Made by a program: the position numbers and the translations under genes. Below, in pieces: positions 1 to 9,931 of a stretch of 64,000 bases of DNA. The notes beneath the pieces are model-generated. The model was not told the origin of the DNA, ran no database searches, and worked only from the letters and a program-made list of their open reading frames with translations. This stretch comes from Candidatus Cloacimonadota bacterium (GTDB lineage Bacteria; Cloacimonadota; Cloacimonadia; G963667145): positions 1,184,001 through 1,248,000 of the forward strand of contig OY762940.1 of NCBI GenBank assembly GCA_963667255.1, written 5' to 3'. The stretch's first letter is position 1; every line of letters starts with the position of its first letter.

Positions 1-2
1 TC

Positions 3-1298
3 CCGTTATTTATTCCCAAAAGCTATTTGGAAAAAGAGGCTGAACATGTGGAAGGCTTTGCCAAAGAGTGTGCTGTGGTTACTCACTCTCGATTGGAGAA
101 AGTCGAAGGTCAAGAAGGTTTGGTTCCCGCAGGTAAGCTGACTCAAGAGTTGGTGGTGCGACCGACATCCGAGACGATAATCGGCGAGTCTTTTTCCAAA
201 TGGGTAAACTCTTACAAAGATTTGCCTTTGCTCATCAATCAATGGGCTAATGTTGTCAGATGGGAGTTGAGACCGAGGCTGTTTTTGCGAACTGCCGAAT
301 TTTTGTGGCAAGAGGGTCACACCGTTCATTCCACCGCTGACGAGGCTGTCCAAGAGACCTTAATGATTTTGGATATTTACGCCGATTTTTGCAAAGAGAT
401 ATTGGCGATGCCTGTGCTAAAGGGCAAAAAGACGGAATCGGAGAAATTCCCCGGAGCTGCGGATACATATTGTGTGGAAGCGATGATGCAGGACAAAAAG
501 GCTTTGCAAGCCGGAACGAGCCACTTTTTGGGACAAAATTTTGCCAAATCTTCCGAAATAAAATTTCAGAATAAAGACGGAGAGATGGAATACGCTTGGA
601 CGACTTCTTGGGGAGTTTCCACGCGTCTGATAGGCGGGCTTATTATGGCTCATTCCGATGATGACGGACTGATATTACCACCGAGAGTCGCTCCAGCACA
701 GATAGTTTTGTTGCCCATTTACAAAAATCCTGAGGACGCAAAAAAAGTGCTGAGCTACTTGGAAGAGTTGAAGAAAGATTTGGAAAATATTTCGTATCAC
801 GGCGAAAATTTGGTTGTGATTTTGGATGATAGCGACGCTACCTCTTCCGCTCGCAGTTGGGATTGGATAAAAAAAGGTGTTCCTGTCAGAGTTGAGGTTG
901 GTTTGCGAGACTTGGAAAAGGACTCTTTGTTTGTTGGCAGGAGAGATAAGGCTCACAAGGGCAAAGAGAGCATTTTGCGGGAGGATTTTTTGTCGCAAAT
1001 AGTTTCCACTTTGGACAGTATTCATCACAATATTTACAACAAAGCAAAATCTTTCCTTGATGACAACATAAAGAAAATTGATACAAAAGATGAGTTTTAC
1101 GAGATTTTCAAGAGCAAGAACAAGCAACTCTTTGCTTTGTCTCATTGGTGTGGTTGTGCGGAGTGCGAAGAGGCTGTCAAGCAGGATTTAAAAGCGACAA
1201 TTAGGTGCATTCCTTTTTCTTCTGAGAGCGAAGAGGGCAAATGTATTTATTGCGGGAAGCCCAGTAAAAAAAGGGTTATTTTCGCTAAATCTTATTAA
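3..1298 (+). CDS. proS: Prolyl-tRNA synthetase (archaeal/eukaryote-like type), 5' truncated by window edge
   Basis: Frame open from base 3 (PLFIPKSYLEKEAEHVEGFAKE); RPTSET, QWANVVRWE, FLWQEGHT, QAGTSHFLGQNF, SWGVSTR motifs; C-terminal Cys-rich domain ending FAKSY. Confidence 0.96.
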   Translation, partial: PLFIPKSYLEKEAEHVEGFAKECAVVTHSRLEKVEGQEGLVPAGKLTQELVVRPTSETIIGESFSKWVNSYKDLPLLINQWANVVRWELRPRLFLRTAEFLWQEGHTVHSTADEAVQETLMILDIYADFCKEILAMPVLKGKKTESEKFPGAADTYCVEAMMQDKKALQAGTSHFLGQNFAKSSEIKFQNKDGEMEYAWTTSWGVSTRLIGGLIMAHSDDDGLILPPRVAPAQIVLLPIYKNPEDAKKVLSYLEELKKDLENISYHGENLVVILDDSDATSSARSWDWIKKGVPVRVEVGLRDLEKDSLFVGRRDKAHKGKESILREDFLSQIVSTLDSIHHNIYNKAKSFLDDNIKKIDTKDEFYEIFKSKNKQLFALSHWCGCAECEEAVKQDLKATIRCIPFSSESEEGKCIYCGKPSKKRVIFAKSY

Positions 1299-1313
1299 AA
1301 TTTTGGAAATTGA

Positions 1314-2882
1314 ATGAAACGATTGGTTATTGGGATGGGGACTTGTGGCAAATCTGTCGGAGCCGGCAAGGTTTTGGAGAAAGCTCGCGAGTTATTGAGC
1401 CGGAATAAAAGCTTGGTTGAGTTGGACACCACAGGTTGTATCGGTATGTGCTATAACGAGCCGTTGGTTTTTGTGGAAGGCGAAGACCATCAACGGACAG
1501 TGTATGCTCGCGTTACTCCAGAAGTTTTGGAAACGATTTTTGAGGAGCATCTGCTGGGTGATAATGTCGTTATAAGTCACAGGATAATGGACCAGCAAGC
1601 GAATTTGGCAAAAGCTTTTTTCCCCAAACAAAAGAGGATTGCCATAAGAAATATTGGGAAACTCAATCCGGAATCTTTCGAAGATTATGAGAATAGGGAA
1701 GGCTTCAGGGCGTTACAAAAGGTCTTAGAAAGTTCAAAGAATGCGATTTTGTCTGTTTTGCAAAGTTGTGGTTTTGAAAATCTCGGAAAATATGAGAATA
1801 GTGCTGTAGATAATATTCCGAAGAAGAAAACGGTCATAATCTGCAATGCAGATTGTTGGGAAAATTCTGCCTTCATTGACAGGTCGCTTTTGGAAGGCAA
1901 TCCGTTTCTAATTATCGAGGGAATGCTGATTGCCGGTTACGCTCTTGGTGCTGACGAAGGCTACATTTCAGTTAGTTCTGAGTTCCCTTACGCAATTGAA
2001 TTTTTGCAAAATGCGATAGAAATCTTAAAAGAAAATAGGGTTCTTGGCAAAAATATTTTTGGAAGTGATTTTAGTTTTGATTTGCATATAAGAGAGGGAG
2101 TTGGAGAGTTTATCGGCATTGGCGACACCTTTTTAGCCTCAAGAGTTGAGAAGAGCGATAGCTTCGTAGAGGTAGAAAATTTTGCTTTCGCCAACTTTGG
2201 CTTGACCAATACTCTTGTTGAGATTGGGACTACCGAGATTTTTGCCAAAATTCCGTGGATAATCTTGAATGGTGCGGAGGAGTGTAAGCAAAATCAGACA
2301 AAAGTTTTGGTCATTTCTGGTAAGATTAACCGCTCGGGATTGATAGAAGCCCCTATTGGAGCAACATTTAGAGAGATAATTTTTGATATTGGCGGTGGGA
2401 TGAAAGATGATGGCATGTTCAAGGCTGCGTTGGTAGGTGGTCTTTCGGGCTTTTGTATTTCGGAGGAACAGTTGGATTTCCCCATAGATTGTGAGTCAAT
2501 TGCCCAGATAGGATTTGCTGCGGATTTTAGCAACATCGTTGTGATGGACGAAAGTTCTTGTATGGTTGATGTGGCGAGACATTCGCTTTTATTTGCATTG
2601 AGAGAGAGTTGCGGTAAATGTTTGTCGTGCAGAATAGGGGTAAGAAAACTGTTTGATATTTTAGAAAGAATAGTAGCTGGCAAGGGGAGAAGTGAAGATT
2701 TGGACACTCTTCGGGAGATAGCTGAGGATATCAAAAAATCTGCTTGTTGTGTCGTTGGGAAATCTGCTGCCGATACGGTTTTGTCAACATTGGAATTTTT
2801 TAAAGCCGAATATATTGAGCATATAGAAGGGAAAAAATGTCGTGCGGAAGTTTGCAAATTTGGAGTCACGGAGGTTGTTTAA
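1314..2882 (+). CDS. NuoF/HydB-like iron-sulfur protein with degenerate FMN/NADH-binding motifs
   Basis: N-terminal thioredoxin-like 2Fe-2S domain (GMGTCG, TGCIGMC), CNAD..DR..LEGNP, SLBB region, ESCGKCLSCRIG...C 4Fe-4S motif; GRGGAGF and CGEETAL motifs absent. Confidence 0.8.
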   Translation: MKRLVIGMGTCGKSVGAGKVLEKARELLSRNKSLVELDTTGCIGMCYNEPLVFVEGEDHQRTVYARVTPEVLETIFEEHLLGDNVVISHRIMDQQANLAKAFFPKQKRIAIRNIGKLNPESFEDYENREGFRALQKVLESSKNAILSVLQSCGFENLGKYENSAVDNIPKKKTVIICNADCWENSAFIDRSLLEGNPFLIIEGMLIAGYALGADEGYISVSSEFPYAIEFLQNAIEILKENRVLGKNIFGSDFSFDLHIREGVGEFIGIGDTFLASRVEKSDSFVEVENFAFANFGLTNTLVEIGTTEIFAKIPWIILNGAEECKQNQTKVLVISGKINRSGLIEAPIGATFREIIFDIGGGMKDDGMFKAALVGGLSGFCISEEQLDFPIDCESIAQIGFAADFSNIVVMDESSCMVDVARHSLLFALRESCGKCLSCRIGVRKLFDILERIVAGKGRSEDLDTLREIAEDIKKSACCVVGKSAADTVLSTLEFFKAEYIEHIEGKKCRAEVCKFGVTEVV

Positions 2883-3339
2883 CATCGTTTTATATCAGCC
2901 GGAAATAGCTCTGAATACTGGCAATATCGGGCGACTTTGCGTTGGTAGTGGCTCAAAGTTGCATCTGATAAGACCGATGAGATTTATGATAGATGATAAG
3001 AGTATTCGTCGTTCGGGACTCGATTATTGGGAGAAGTTGCACTATCGACTTTATGATGATTGGGAAGATTTTTTGAGCTCCAATTCCGGCGGACGGTTCT
3101 ACCTTGCCACAACTAAATCGAGCAGGGTTTACTCTTCCGTTACCTATGAAGAGAACGATTTCTTGATTTTTGGTCCGGAAAGCAGAGGATTGCCGGAAGA
3201 GATTTTGAACAAGTATTCCGCCAGCACCATTACTATCCCTATGCATCCCGACATTCGCTCTATTAATCTCAGCAATAGCGTGGCGATTGTTTTGTATGAG
3301 GCTGGCAGACAAAGAGGTTTTGAATGGAAAAGTTTGTAA
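2875..3339 (+). CDS. trmL: tRNA (cytidine/uridine-34 2'-O)-methyltransferase TrmL (SPOUT)
   Basis: IVLYQPEI..NTGNIGR, RSGLDYW, FGPESRGL, IPM..IRSINLSNSVA; TTG start at 2875 inferred. Confidence 0.92.
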   Translation: MFNIVLYQPEIALNTGNIGRLCVGSGSKLHLIRPMRFMIDDKSIRRSGLDYWEKLHYRLYDDWEDFLSSNSGGRFYLATTKSSRVYSSVTYEENDFLIFGPESRGLPEEILNKYSASTITIPMHPDIRSINLSNSVAIVLYEAGRQRGFEWKSL

Positions 3340-4574
3340 TTAATGGAAAAAAGAAGCTCTCTGGTTCGGTTCGTATCGGAGGAGCAAAAAACGCTGTTTT
3401 GCCTATTATGGCTGCTGCGATGCTTGCCAGAGGCGAGTTTGTTTTGGAAAACATTCCTCAACTCCAAGACATAAAATTTATGTCTCATCTTTTGGAAACC
3501 ATGGGTGTGAAGGTTGAGCATGTTGGCTCCACGATGAGATTGAACACGGGAAATGTGTTTTTTCAGGAAGCTCCCTACGATATAGTCCGCAAGATGCGGG
3601 CGTCTATCTATGTGTTGGCTCCGCAACTTGCTCTGATGGGAAAAGCTGTGGTTTCTTTCCCCGGAGGTTGTGCCATAGGTGCTCGTCCTGTCGATTTGCA
3701 CTTGAAAGCGATGGAGGCTTTGGGGGCTAAGATTCAAATCAATCACGGAAATATTTCGGCTTCAGTAAGCAAATTAAAAGGTTGTTCGTTCTATTTTGAA
3801 AAGATTTCCGTAGGGGCTACAGCCAATATGTTGATGGCGGCTTGTTTGGCTGAAGGAGAAACGATAATAGACAATGTTGCCAAAGAGCCTGAAATTGCCG
3901 ATTTGTGTAACTTCCTGATGAAAATGGGTGCTAATATTTCAGGGATAGGAAGCTCTACCCTAAAAGTGCAGGGCGTTTCTTCTTTGCACGCTTGCGATTA
4001 TGAGGTTATTCCCGATAGAATAGAGGCGGGAACTTTTCTTTTGGCAGGAGCGATTACAAAAAGCGAGATTACTGTAGATAACTGTGTCCCTGAGCAATTA
4101 AAAGCACTTTTGCAGAAGATGGAAGAAACTGGATGCAAATTCACTATCGGCGAAAGGAAAATAACCGTTCATCCACCGAAAAAGATATTGTCGGCAAAAA
4201 AAGTTATAACTTCGGAATATCCGGGGTTTCCCACCGATTTGCAGGCACAATTTATGGCATATATGGGGATTTCCGCTGGGAGTTGCATCATTGAGGATGT
4301 GATTTTCCCTGACCGCTTTATGCATGTCGCCGAGCTTAGTCGCTTGGGAGCAAATATCCAGATTGATAAGAATATAGCACTTGTGGAGGGCGTGGACTCT
4401 TATAGTGGAGCCAAAGTTATGGCAACAGATTTACGAGCCAGTGCCGCTTTGGTTTTGGCAGGTCTTGCCAGCGACAATACTACGGAAATAATGAGAATTT
4501 ATCATATCAGAAGAGGTTACGAACAGATAGAAGAAAAACTGCGAAAGTTGGGTGCAGATATCAAAGCCATCTAA
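3324..4574 (+). CDS. murA: UDP-N-acetylglucosamine 1-carboxyvinyltransferase
   Basis: GAKNAVLP, MRAS, PGGCAIGARP (catalytic Cys), YPGFPTDLQ, DLRASA. Confidence 0.97.
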   Translation: MEKFVINGKKKLSGSVRIGGAKNAVLPIMAAAMLARGEFVLENIPQLQDIKFMSHLLETMGVKVEHVGSTMRLNTGNVFFQEAPYDIVRKMRASIYVLAPQLALMGKAVVSFPGGCAIGARPVDLHLKAMEALGAKIQINHGNISASVSKLKGCSFYFEKISVGATANMLMAACLAEGETIIDNVAKEPEIADLCNFLMKMGANISGIGSSTLKVQGVSSLHACDYEVIPDRIEAGTFLLAGAITKSEITVDNCVPEQLKALLQKMEETGCKFTIGERKITVHPPKKILSAKKVITSEYPGFPTDLQAQFMAYMGISAGSCIIEDVIFPDRFMHVAELSRLGANIQIDKNIALVEGVDSYSGAKVMATDLRASAALVLAGLASDNTTEIMRIYHIRRGYEQIEEKLRKLGADIKAI

Positions 4575-4595
4575 TTGATTTAACTTTAGATAAAA

Positions 4596-4626
4596 AAAAG
4601 AGGTCGCAAGTTTTGTGACCTCTTTT
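4596..4626. terminator. Bidirectional intrinsic terminator between convergent murA and deaminase
   Basis: AAAAGAGGTCGCAA-GTT-TTGTGACCTCTTTT hairpin with A/T tracts on both sides. Confidence 0.8.
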
Positions 4627-4644
4627 CCGGTTTTAAGACTAAAT

Positions 4645-6051
4645 CTACTTTTCTCTTTTCGTAAAATCTATGCCTGTGGACTTGCAAGCTTTTTCCAAAA
4701 TTCTTCCAGCTAACTCATTTTGTCGTTTTATTAAGTTGTTAATATCAAAATTGTGTTTACCGTTTTCGATGATAATCTCTCCATTTATGATGGAAGTGTC
4801 CACGGAATTGGTGTCTTGGCAGAAAATCAAAGCGGCAACAGGGTCGCTCATCCCACCGGCATAAGCAATCCTATTCATATCAAAAGCAACGATATCTGCA
4901 CATTTGCCTTCTTCCAAGCTACCAATATCGTCTCGACCCAAAGCCAAAGCTCCGCCTTTGGTAGCCATCCACAGAACATCGCGGGCAGAGAGCCAATTTT
5001 TCTTATCTTCGCGGAGTCGAGACAACAACATAGCAAGTCTTGCTTCAGCCAGCATATTCGAGGAATCGTTGGAGGCAGAGCCGTCCACGCCCAGCCCTAC
5101 GCTCACTCCGGCATCTAACATCTCTCTTATTCTGGCAATTCCCGAGCCAAGACGCATATTGGACGAGGGGCAATGGGAAATTCCCATTCTTCTTTCTCCC
5201 ATTAGGCTTATCTCTTCATCACTCAGGTGGATTGAGTGAGCTGTCCAAGAGTTTTGGGCAATCCAACCCAAATCGTCCAAGTATTTTGCTGGACGAGCAC
5301 CAAATTTTTCCAAGCAGAAATTCTCTTCATCTTTTGTCTCAGCAAGGTGAGTGTGAATCATCAAATTATGCTCTTTGGCAAACTTTGCGACATCTTTCAT
5401 TTGCTCGCCTGTAACAGAAAACGGAGAGCACGGTGCGAGGCTAATTCGGAGCATAGAGCCGTATGATGAGTCGTGATAGAGATTGAGAAGCCTTTTGCTA
5501 TCTTCCAAAATCTCGTCAGTATTTTGCACCACATTGTCGGGTGGTAGCCCTCCGTCTTTGTCGGAAAGTGTCATGGAGCCTCGTGTAGGTTGGAAACGGA
5601 TTTTTAGCTCTTTCGCAGCACGGATTTCTTCGTCAATCAGTTTCCCGTCAGTGTCTTTTGGGAATAAATACATATGGTCGGAAGAGGTCGTGCAACCTGT
5701 TAGCATCAATTCCAATAGCCCGACTTTTGCGGAGATGTAAACGCATTCGTTATCAATCCCTTTCCACACTTTGTAGTGGTTTGTGAGCCAAGGGAAAAGC
5801 TCTTTATCTTGCATTCGGGGGACATTGCGGGTCAAAGTCTGAAAGAGATGATGATGGCAATTCACCATACCCGGCATTACCAATTTGCCACTGGCATCGA
5901 TTACCTTATCAAATTTTTCGTCAGCTTTCGGGGAATAGTTCATAGATTTGATAATGTTGTTCTCTATCAAGATGCAAACATTTTTCAATTCGTCTTTGTT
6001 CTGATTTTGGGTTATCACAATCAGTGGATTTTTAATTAAAATTTTACTCAT
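4645..6051 (-). CDS. 8-oxoguanine deaminase-like amidohydrolase (AtzB/SsnA group)
   Basis: HHHLFQTLTR metal motif, SDHMYLFP, APCSPFSV, HTHLAET, HCPSSNMRLGSG, LGVDGSASND. Confidence 0.85.
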   Translation of the reverse strand: MSKILIKNPLIVITQNQNKDELKNVCILIENNIIKSMNYSPKADEKFDKVIDASGKLVMPGMVNCHHHLFQTLTRNVPRMQDKELFPWLTNHYKVWKGIDNECVYISAKVGLLELMLTGCTTSSDHMYLFPKDTDGKLIDEEIRAAKELKIRFQPTRGSMTLSDKDGGLPPDNVVQNTDEILEDSKRLLNLYHDSSYGSMLRISLAPCSPFSVTGEQMKDVAKFAKEHNLMIHTHLAETKDEENFCLEKFGARPAKYLDDLGWIAQNSWTAHSIHLSDEEISLMGERRMGISHCPSSNMRLGSGIARIREMLDAGVSVGLGVDGSASNDSSNMLAEARLAMLLSRLREDKKNWLSARDVLWMATKGGALALGRDDIGSLEEGKCADIVAFDMNRIAYAGGMSDPVAALIFCQDTNSVDTSIINGEIIIENGKHNFDINNLIKRQNELAGRILEKACKSTGIDFTKREK

Positions 6052-6147
6052 TTTGTCTCCTTGTCAAAAAACTCATCCGCAATAGCCACAAATTTGAATT
6101 TTTTTGTCAAATTTTTTATGTTTTTGTGTAATAAATAAACAAAACTG

Positions 6148-6200
6148 TTGACATTTTCATTATAACTATAATAAAGTCATTTAAAATCACAAAAAGTCAT
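6148..6200 (+). promoter_or_regulatory. Putative dcw/mraZ promoter with 10-bp-phased direct repeats (candidate MraZ boxes)
   Basis: TTGACA at 6148-6153; AAAGTCAT/AAAATCAC/AAAGTCAT at 6173, 6183, 6193; AGGAG RBS before mraZ. Confidence 0.6.
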
Positions 6201-6215
6201 TATTCAGGAGAGAAT

Positions 6216-6650
6216 ATGTCCGGAAGGTTTAATGGAATTTCAGAGGTAACGCTAAACCAATACAGGATTGTTATACCTACTCAGATGAAAGAAAAATTTT
6301 CTCCAGAATCTTTTGGCAGAGTGGTTTTGACAATCGGTGTAGGCAAGTCTATCGCTCTATATCCGCTGGATAATTGGGACGAATATTGTGCGAGAATGGA
6401 AGAGGGGACGGACGAGCAAGTTGCGATTATTGACTATTTGGCAGATTATGCAAAAGAGCAAAAAATTGAGGCTTCAGGTCGTGTTAAAATTTGCCAAGAG
6501 CTTTTGGAATATGCAGGCATAGATGAGAAGGCTATTTTAAAAGGGAACGGTAACTACATTTCACTTTGGTCGCCAGAAGAGCACAAACTGAAAATTGAAG
6601 AAGGACTTAAAAAATTCCCGAATTTAACCCCAAAAGATTTGAGAGGATAA
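6216..6650 (+). CDS. mraZ: Division/cell-wall cluster transcriptional repressor MraZ (divergent)
   Basis: 144 aa, two AbrB-like repeats (RIVIP; SGRVKI...YAGI...GNGNYISLW), first gene of dcw cluster before rsmH. Confidence 0.85.
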   Translation: MSGRFNGISEVTLNQYRIVIPTQMKEKFSPESFGRVVLTIGVGKSIALYPLDNWDEYCARMEEGTDEQVAIIDYLADYAKEQKIEASGRVKICQELLEYAGIDEKAILKGNGNYISLWSPEEHKLKIEEGLKKFPNLTPKDLRG

Positions 6651-6651
6651 T

Positions 6652-7548
6652 GTGACTAAACATATACCTGTGTTGTTGGACGAGAGTATTGATTTGTTAA
6701 ATATCAAATCTAACGGCGTTTATGTTGACCTTACGCTGGGCGAAGCCGGACACACCAAGAAAATTTTGGAATCTAATCCTGATTGTTTTGTTTTTGGCAT
6801 CGATAGAGACCAAAGAGCCATTGACTACGGGACAAAAGTTTTGTCTGACTTTATGGGAAGATTTACACTAATCAAAACTGACTTTGCATCTTTCCGCTCG
6901 GAATTGGCTTTGCACAAGGTTGGCAAAGTTGACGGAATTTTATTGGATTTGGGGGTTTCGACTGTGCAAGTGTTATCAGCGGAGAGAGGGTTCAGCTACA
7001 CCAACGACGGACAATTGGATATGCGGATGGACACTTCGTCTGAGTTGAGTGCGAAGAAGGTGATTAACACTTTCAGCAGAGACGAACTAAAGCGAATAAT
7101 TTATGAATTTGGCGAAGAGAAGAAAGCTGGATATTATGCCAGTCAAATTGAAAAAAATCGACCGTTGGAGACTACAGCCGAGTTGGCGGAGATAATTGGC
7201 AAGCACGACAAAAAATCTTTGTCCAGAGTGTTTCAGGCGTTCAGAATATTTGTAAACAAAGAGTTGGAGCAGATTTCCGAAGTTATCCCCAAAGCGATAG
7301 ATGCGTTAAAAATAGGTGGCAGATTGGTGATAATTTCCTACCACAGCAAGGAAGACAGAATTGTGAAGTCGCTATTCAAACAATATGCAGAGAGTTGTAT
7401 CTGTCCGCCTGGGTTGCCCGAATGCACTTGCGGGCATCAAGCCAAATTAAAGATTTTAACCAAAAAACCTATAACACCATCTGAATTGGAAATTGAAAAA
7501 AATAACAGGGCAAGAAGTGCCAAGTTGAGAGTGGCAGAAAGGAGATAA
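6652..7548 (+). CDS. rsmH: 16S rRNA C1402 N4-methyltransferase
   Basis: HIPVLL, DLTLGEAGH, DLGVS, RGFS, LDMRMD, FQAFRIFVNKE, ISYHSKEDR, NNRARSAKLR. Confidence 0.96.
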   Translation: MTKHIPVLLDESIDLLNIKSNGVYVDLTLGEAGHTKKILESNPDCFVFGIDRDQRAIDYGTKVLSDFMGRFTLIKTDFASFRSELALHKVGKVDGILLDLGVSTVQVLSAERGFSYTNDGQLDMRMDTSSELSAKKVINTFSRDELKRIIYEFGEEKKAGYYASQIEKNRPLETTAELAEIIGKHDKKSLSRVFQAFRIFVNKELEQISEVIPKAIDALKIGGRLVIISYHSKEDRIVKSLFKQYAESCICPPGLPECTCGHQAKLKILTKKPITPSELEIEKNNRARSAKLRVAERR

Positions 7549-7550
7549 AG

Positions 7551-7850
7551 ATGAGGAGATTGATGATAGCTTTTTCGGTATTGTTGCTGTTTTTTGTGGT
7601 AATTGGGGAATTGAACAAGCAAGTTTTGCGTGAAAACACGAAAAAAATTAATATGTTGGAAAATTCTAACAGTCTTCTAATTGCGGAAAATAAGGACATT
7701 GAAAGCAAGGTTAATCAGTTGACACAGGAAGTTAAAGAAAAAATATTGTCGAATGGGAGCTTGAGTATGATTACTCCCAAAGAGATTTTTTATGCTAAAG
7801 TTGAAAAAGAGGAAGTTAATTTGGTATTTGTATTTACCGATAAAATATGA
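7551..7850 (+). CDS. Probable FtsL-like cell division protein
   Basis: Single N-terminal TM helix plus coiled coil; position between rsmH and ftsI. Confidence 0.6.
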   Translation: MRRLMIAFSVLLLFFVVIGELNKQVLRENTKKINMLENSNSLLIAENKDIESKVNQLTQEVKEKILSNGSLSMITPKEIFYAKVEKEEVNLVFVFTDKI

Positions 7851-9931
7851 AATTCATTAAGGTCGCCAATTTTACAATTCTTATTATTATGCTTGTTTAT
7901 TTGTTTATAATACAGGTTTTTGACCCGTTTGATTTGGCAAAAGTATGGCGATCGCGACACATTCCGCACAAAAAAATTCTAATCGCTAAAAGAGGCGATT
8001 TTTTGGATCGTTCCGGACGAGTTTTGGTTAGTTCGGACGATTTTTATCAAATAGACATCGACAAAAACCTCTTGAGCATTCATTCACGCAGAACAGGGGA
8101 CGATTTATTGTCTATCTACTATTCGGTTGCCAGGATTTTGGACGATAATCTCAAAATGAGAACTCATCCGCTGCTCACTAAATCTTCGAGTCTTGAGTCG
8201 GTTTATATCAAAAACATGGTGCCAGCAACAGTTGTGAAGAGTATTATTGATGAGTTTAACAAGGCGAATTTGCCTTTGCCCTTGATTTCCTACAACGGCT
8301 CTAAACGGAATTACCTTTCTCAATTGGATTTGGAACCGATAATCGGAGAAGCTAAAAGTGTGAGCAAAATGGTTACAGATAGCAGGATTATTCGTGAAAA
8401 TTTGGTTGGTCTCAGTGGTCTGGAAAAGTTTTTTGAAACAAATTTGCATGGGGAAGACGGATGGCGAAAATTTTATGTAAACGGAACTCCTTACATTAGA
8501 AAGAACTACGAGACAGAAGCCAAAGATGGTGCAAACATTGTCTTAACTATTGATGGGGAAATTCAAAAAATTTTGACTTCGACTTTGCGAGACGGAATAA
8601 AAAAGTATGGTGCTAAATCTGCGATGGGGATAGTGATGAACCCCAATACCGGTGAAATCTTGGCGAGCTGCGGATACGACAATAAAAACGGGAAAGTTTC
8701 CTTGCCGTTCATAAATTATTCGATTTCTTACCTCTTCGAGCCGGGTTCGACTATCAAGCCATTCATTTTGCAGTTGGCACTGGATAATGGGCTTTTTGAC
8801 TTAAATTCCAAGATTGATTGTTCTCCTTACAAAGTGAAAGGCGAGACTAGAACTATCAGAGACCATGAGTCCGATAGCAGAAAAAGCGACACCTTAAACT
8901 TGGAGCAAATTTTACAATATTCGTCTAATGTGGGCGTGATGAAGATTGTGGAAAAAGTAGGTGGAGAGTCGCTCTATAACAGACTGAAAAAGTTGGGGTT
9001 TGGCTCATATCTTCTGACGGATATGTATGGCGAGGAACCGGGGATTTTACGCGACCCATCTCAATGGAGTGGATACACGCTGACCTCTTTGTCCATCGGT
9101 CATGAGATTGCCCTTACACCCGTGCAATTGGCGAGTGCTTATGCCAGTATCGCTAATGGTGGTTACCTTCTTCGACCTTATATCGTAAAAAGGATTGAAC
9201 TACCCAATGGGAAATCTATTGTTAAAAGCAAAAAAATTCTTTCAAAAATTTCCACCAATGAAAACATTAAGACAATCAAAAGTATGATGAGTAAAGTTGT
9301 GGAGGGCGGAACTGCTGTCCAAACCAACATCAAAAATATGCATATTGCGGGGAAGACGGGAACTGCTGAAGAATTGGGAAGAAGTCAGAAAGATAATTTG
9401 GTGCATTCGTCTTCGTTTTGTGGTTTTTTCCCTATCGCAAATCCGAAGTATCTAATTCTTATTGTGTATGAAGGGGCGAAGGGGAAATATCGTTACGCTG
9501 CACAGTCTGCCGTTCCGACATTTCGCCAAATCGTAACCAAGATGATGGTTGACCCCGATATCAATGTTGTGGGCAAGGAGAAGATTTTGGAGATGCCTAA
9601 TTTTATTGGACTGAACAAAGCTGAAGTTAATCGTATTTTGGAAGAAAAGGAAATATTTGGCAAGATAATCCAAAAGCAAGTGAAAGACTCAATTGTGGTT
9701 GACCAGTTTCCTAAGTCGCACTTGAAGTTTGCCACCGGAATACCCATATCGATAATTATGGGGAATGAAAAAGATTTAGAGGTAAAAGATTCGCTGAATT
9801 TTGTAGGATTAACAATGCGTGAGGCTTTTAGTTTAGCAAAAGAGCAAAACATCAACATTGAAGTTACAGGCTCAGGTGTTATCAAATCCCAAGACGATTT
9901 TGGATTTATATTTGATTTGAGGGCAGAATGA
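7847..9931 (+). CDS. ftsI: Class B penicillin-binding protein FtsI/PBP3 with C-terminal PASTA-like domains
   Basis: RG.FLDR, EPGSTIK (SxxK), SSN, KTGT motifs; MPNFIG and NFVG PASTA-like repeats; dcw position. Confidence 0.88.
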   Translation: MKFIKVANFTILIIMLVYLFIIQVFDPFDLAKVWRSRHIPHKKILIAKRGDFLDRSGRVLVSSDDFYQIDIDKNLLSIHSRRTGDDLLSIYYSVARILDDNLKMRTHPLLTKSSSLESVYIKNMVPATVVKSIIDEFNKANLPLPLISYNGSKRNYLSQLDLEPIIGEAKSVSKMVTDSRIIRENLVGLSGLEKFFETNLHGEDGWRKFYVNGTPYIRKNYETEAKDGANIVLTIDGEIQKILTSTLRDGIKKYGAKSAMGIVMNPNTGEILASCGYDNKNGKVSLPFINYSISYLFEPGSTIKPFILQLALDNGLFDLNSKIDCSPYKVKGETRTIRDHESDSRKSDTLNLEQILQYSSNVGVMKIVEKVGGESLYNRLKKLGFGSYLLTDMYGEEPGILRDPSQWSGYTLTSLSIGHEIALTPVQLASAYASIANGGYLLRPYIVKRIELPNGKSIVKSKKILSKISTNENIKTIKSMMSKVVEGGTAVQTNIKNMHIAGKTGTAEELGRSQKDNLVHSSSFCGFFPIANPKYLILIVYEGAKGKYRYAAQSAVPTFRQIVTKMMVDPDINVVGKEKILEMPNFIGLNKAEVNRILEEKEIFGKIIQKQVKDSIVVDQFPKSHLKFATGIPISIIMGNEKDLEVKDSLNFVGLTMREAFSLAKEQNINIEVTGSGVIKSQDDFGFIFDLRAE

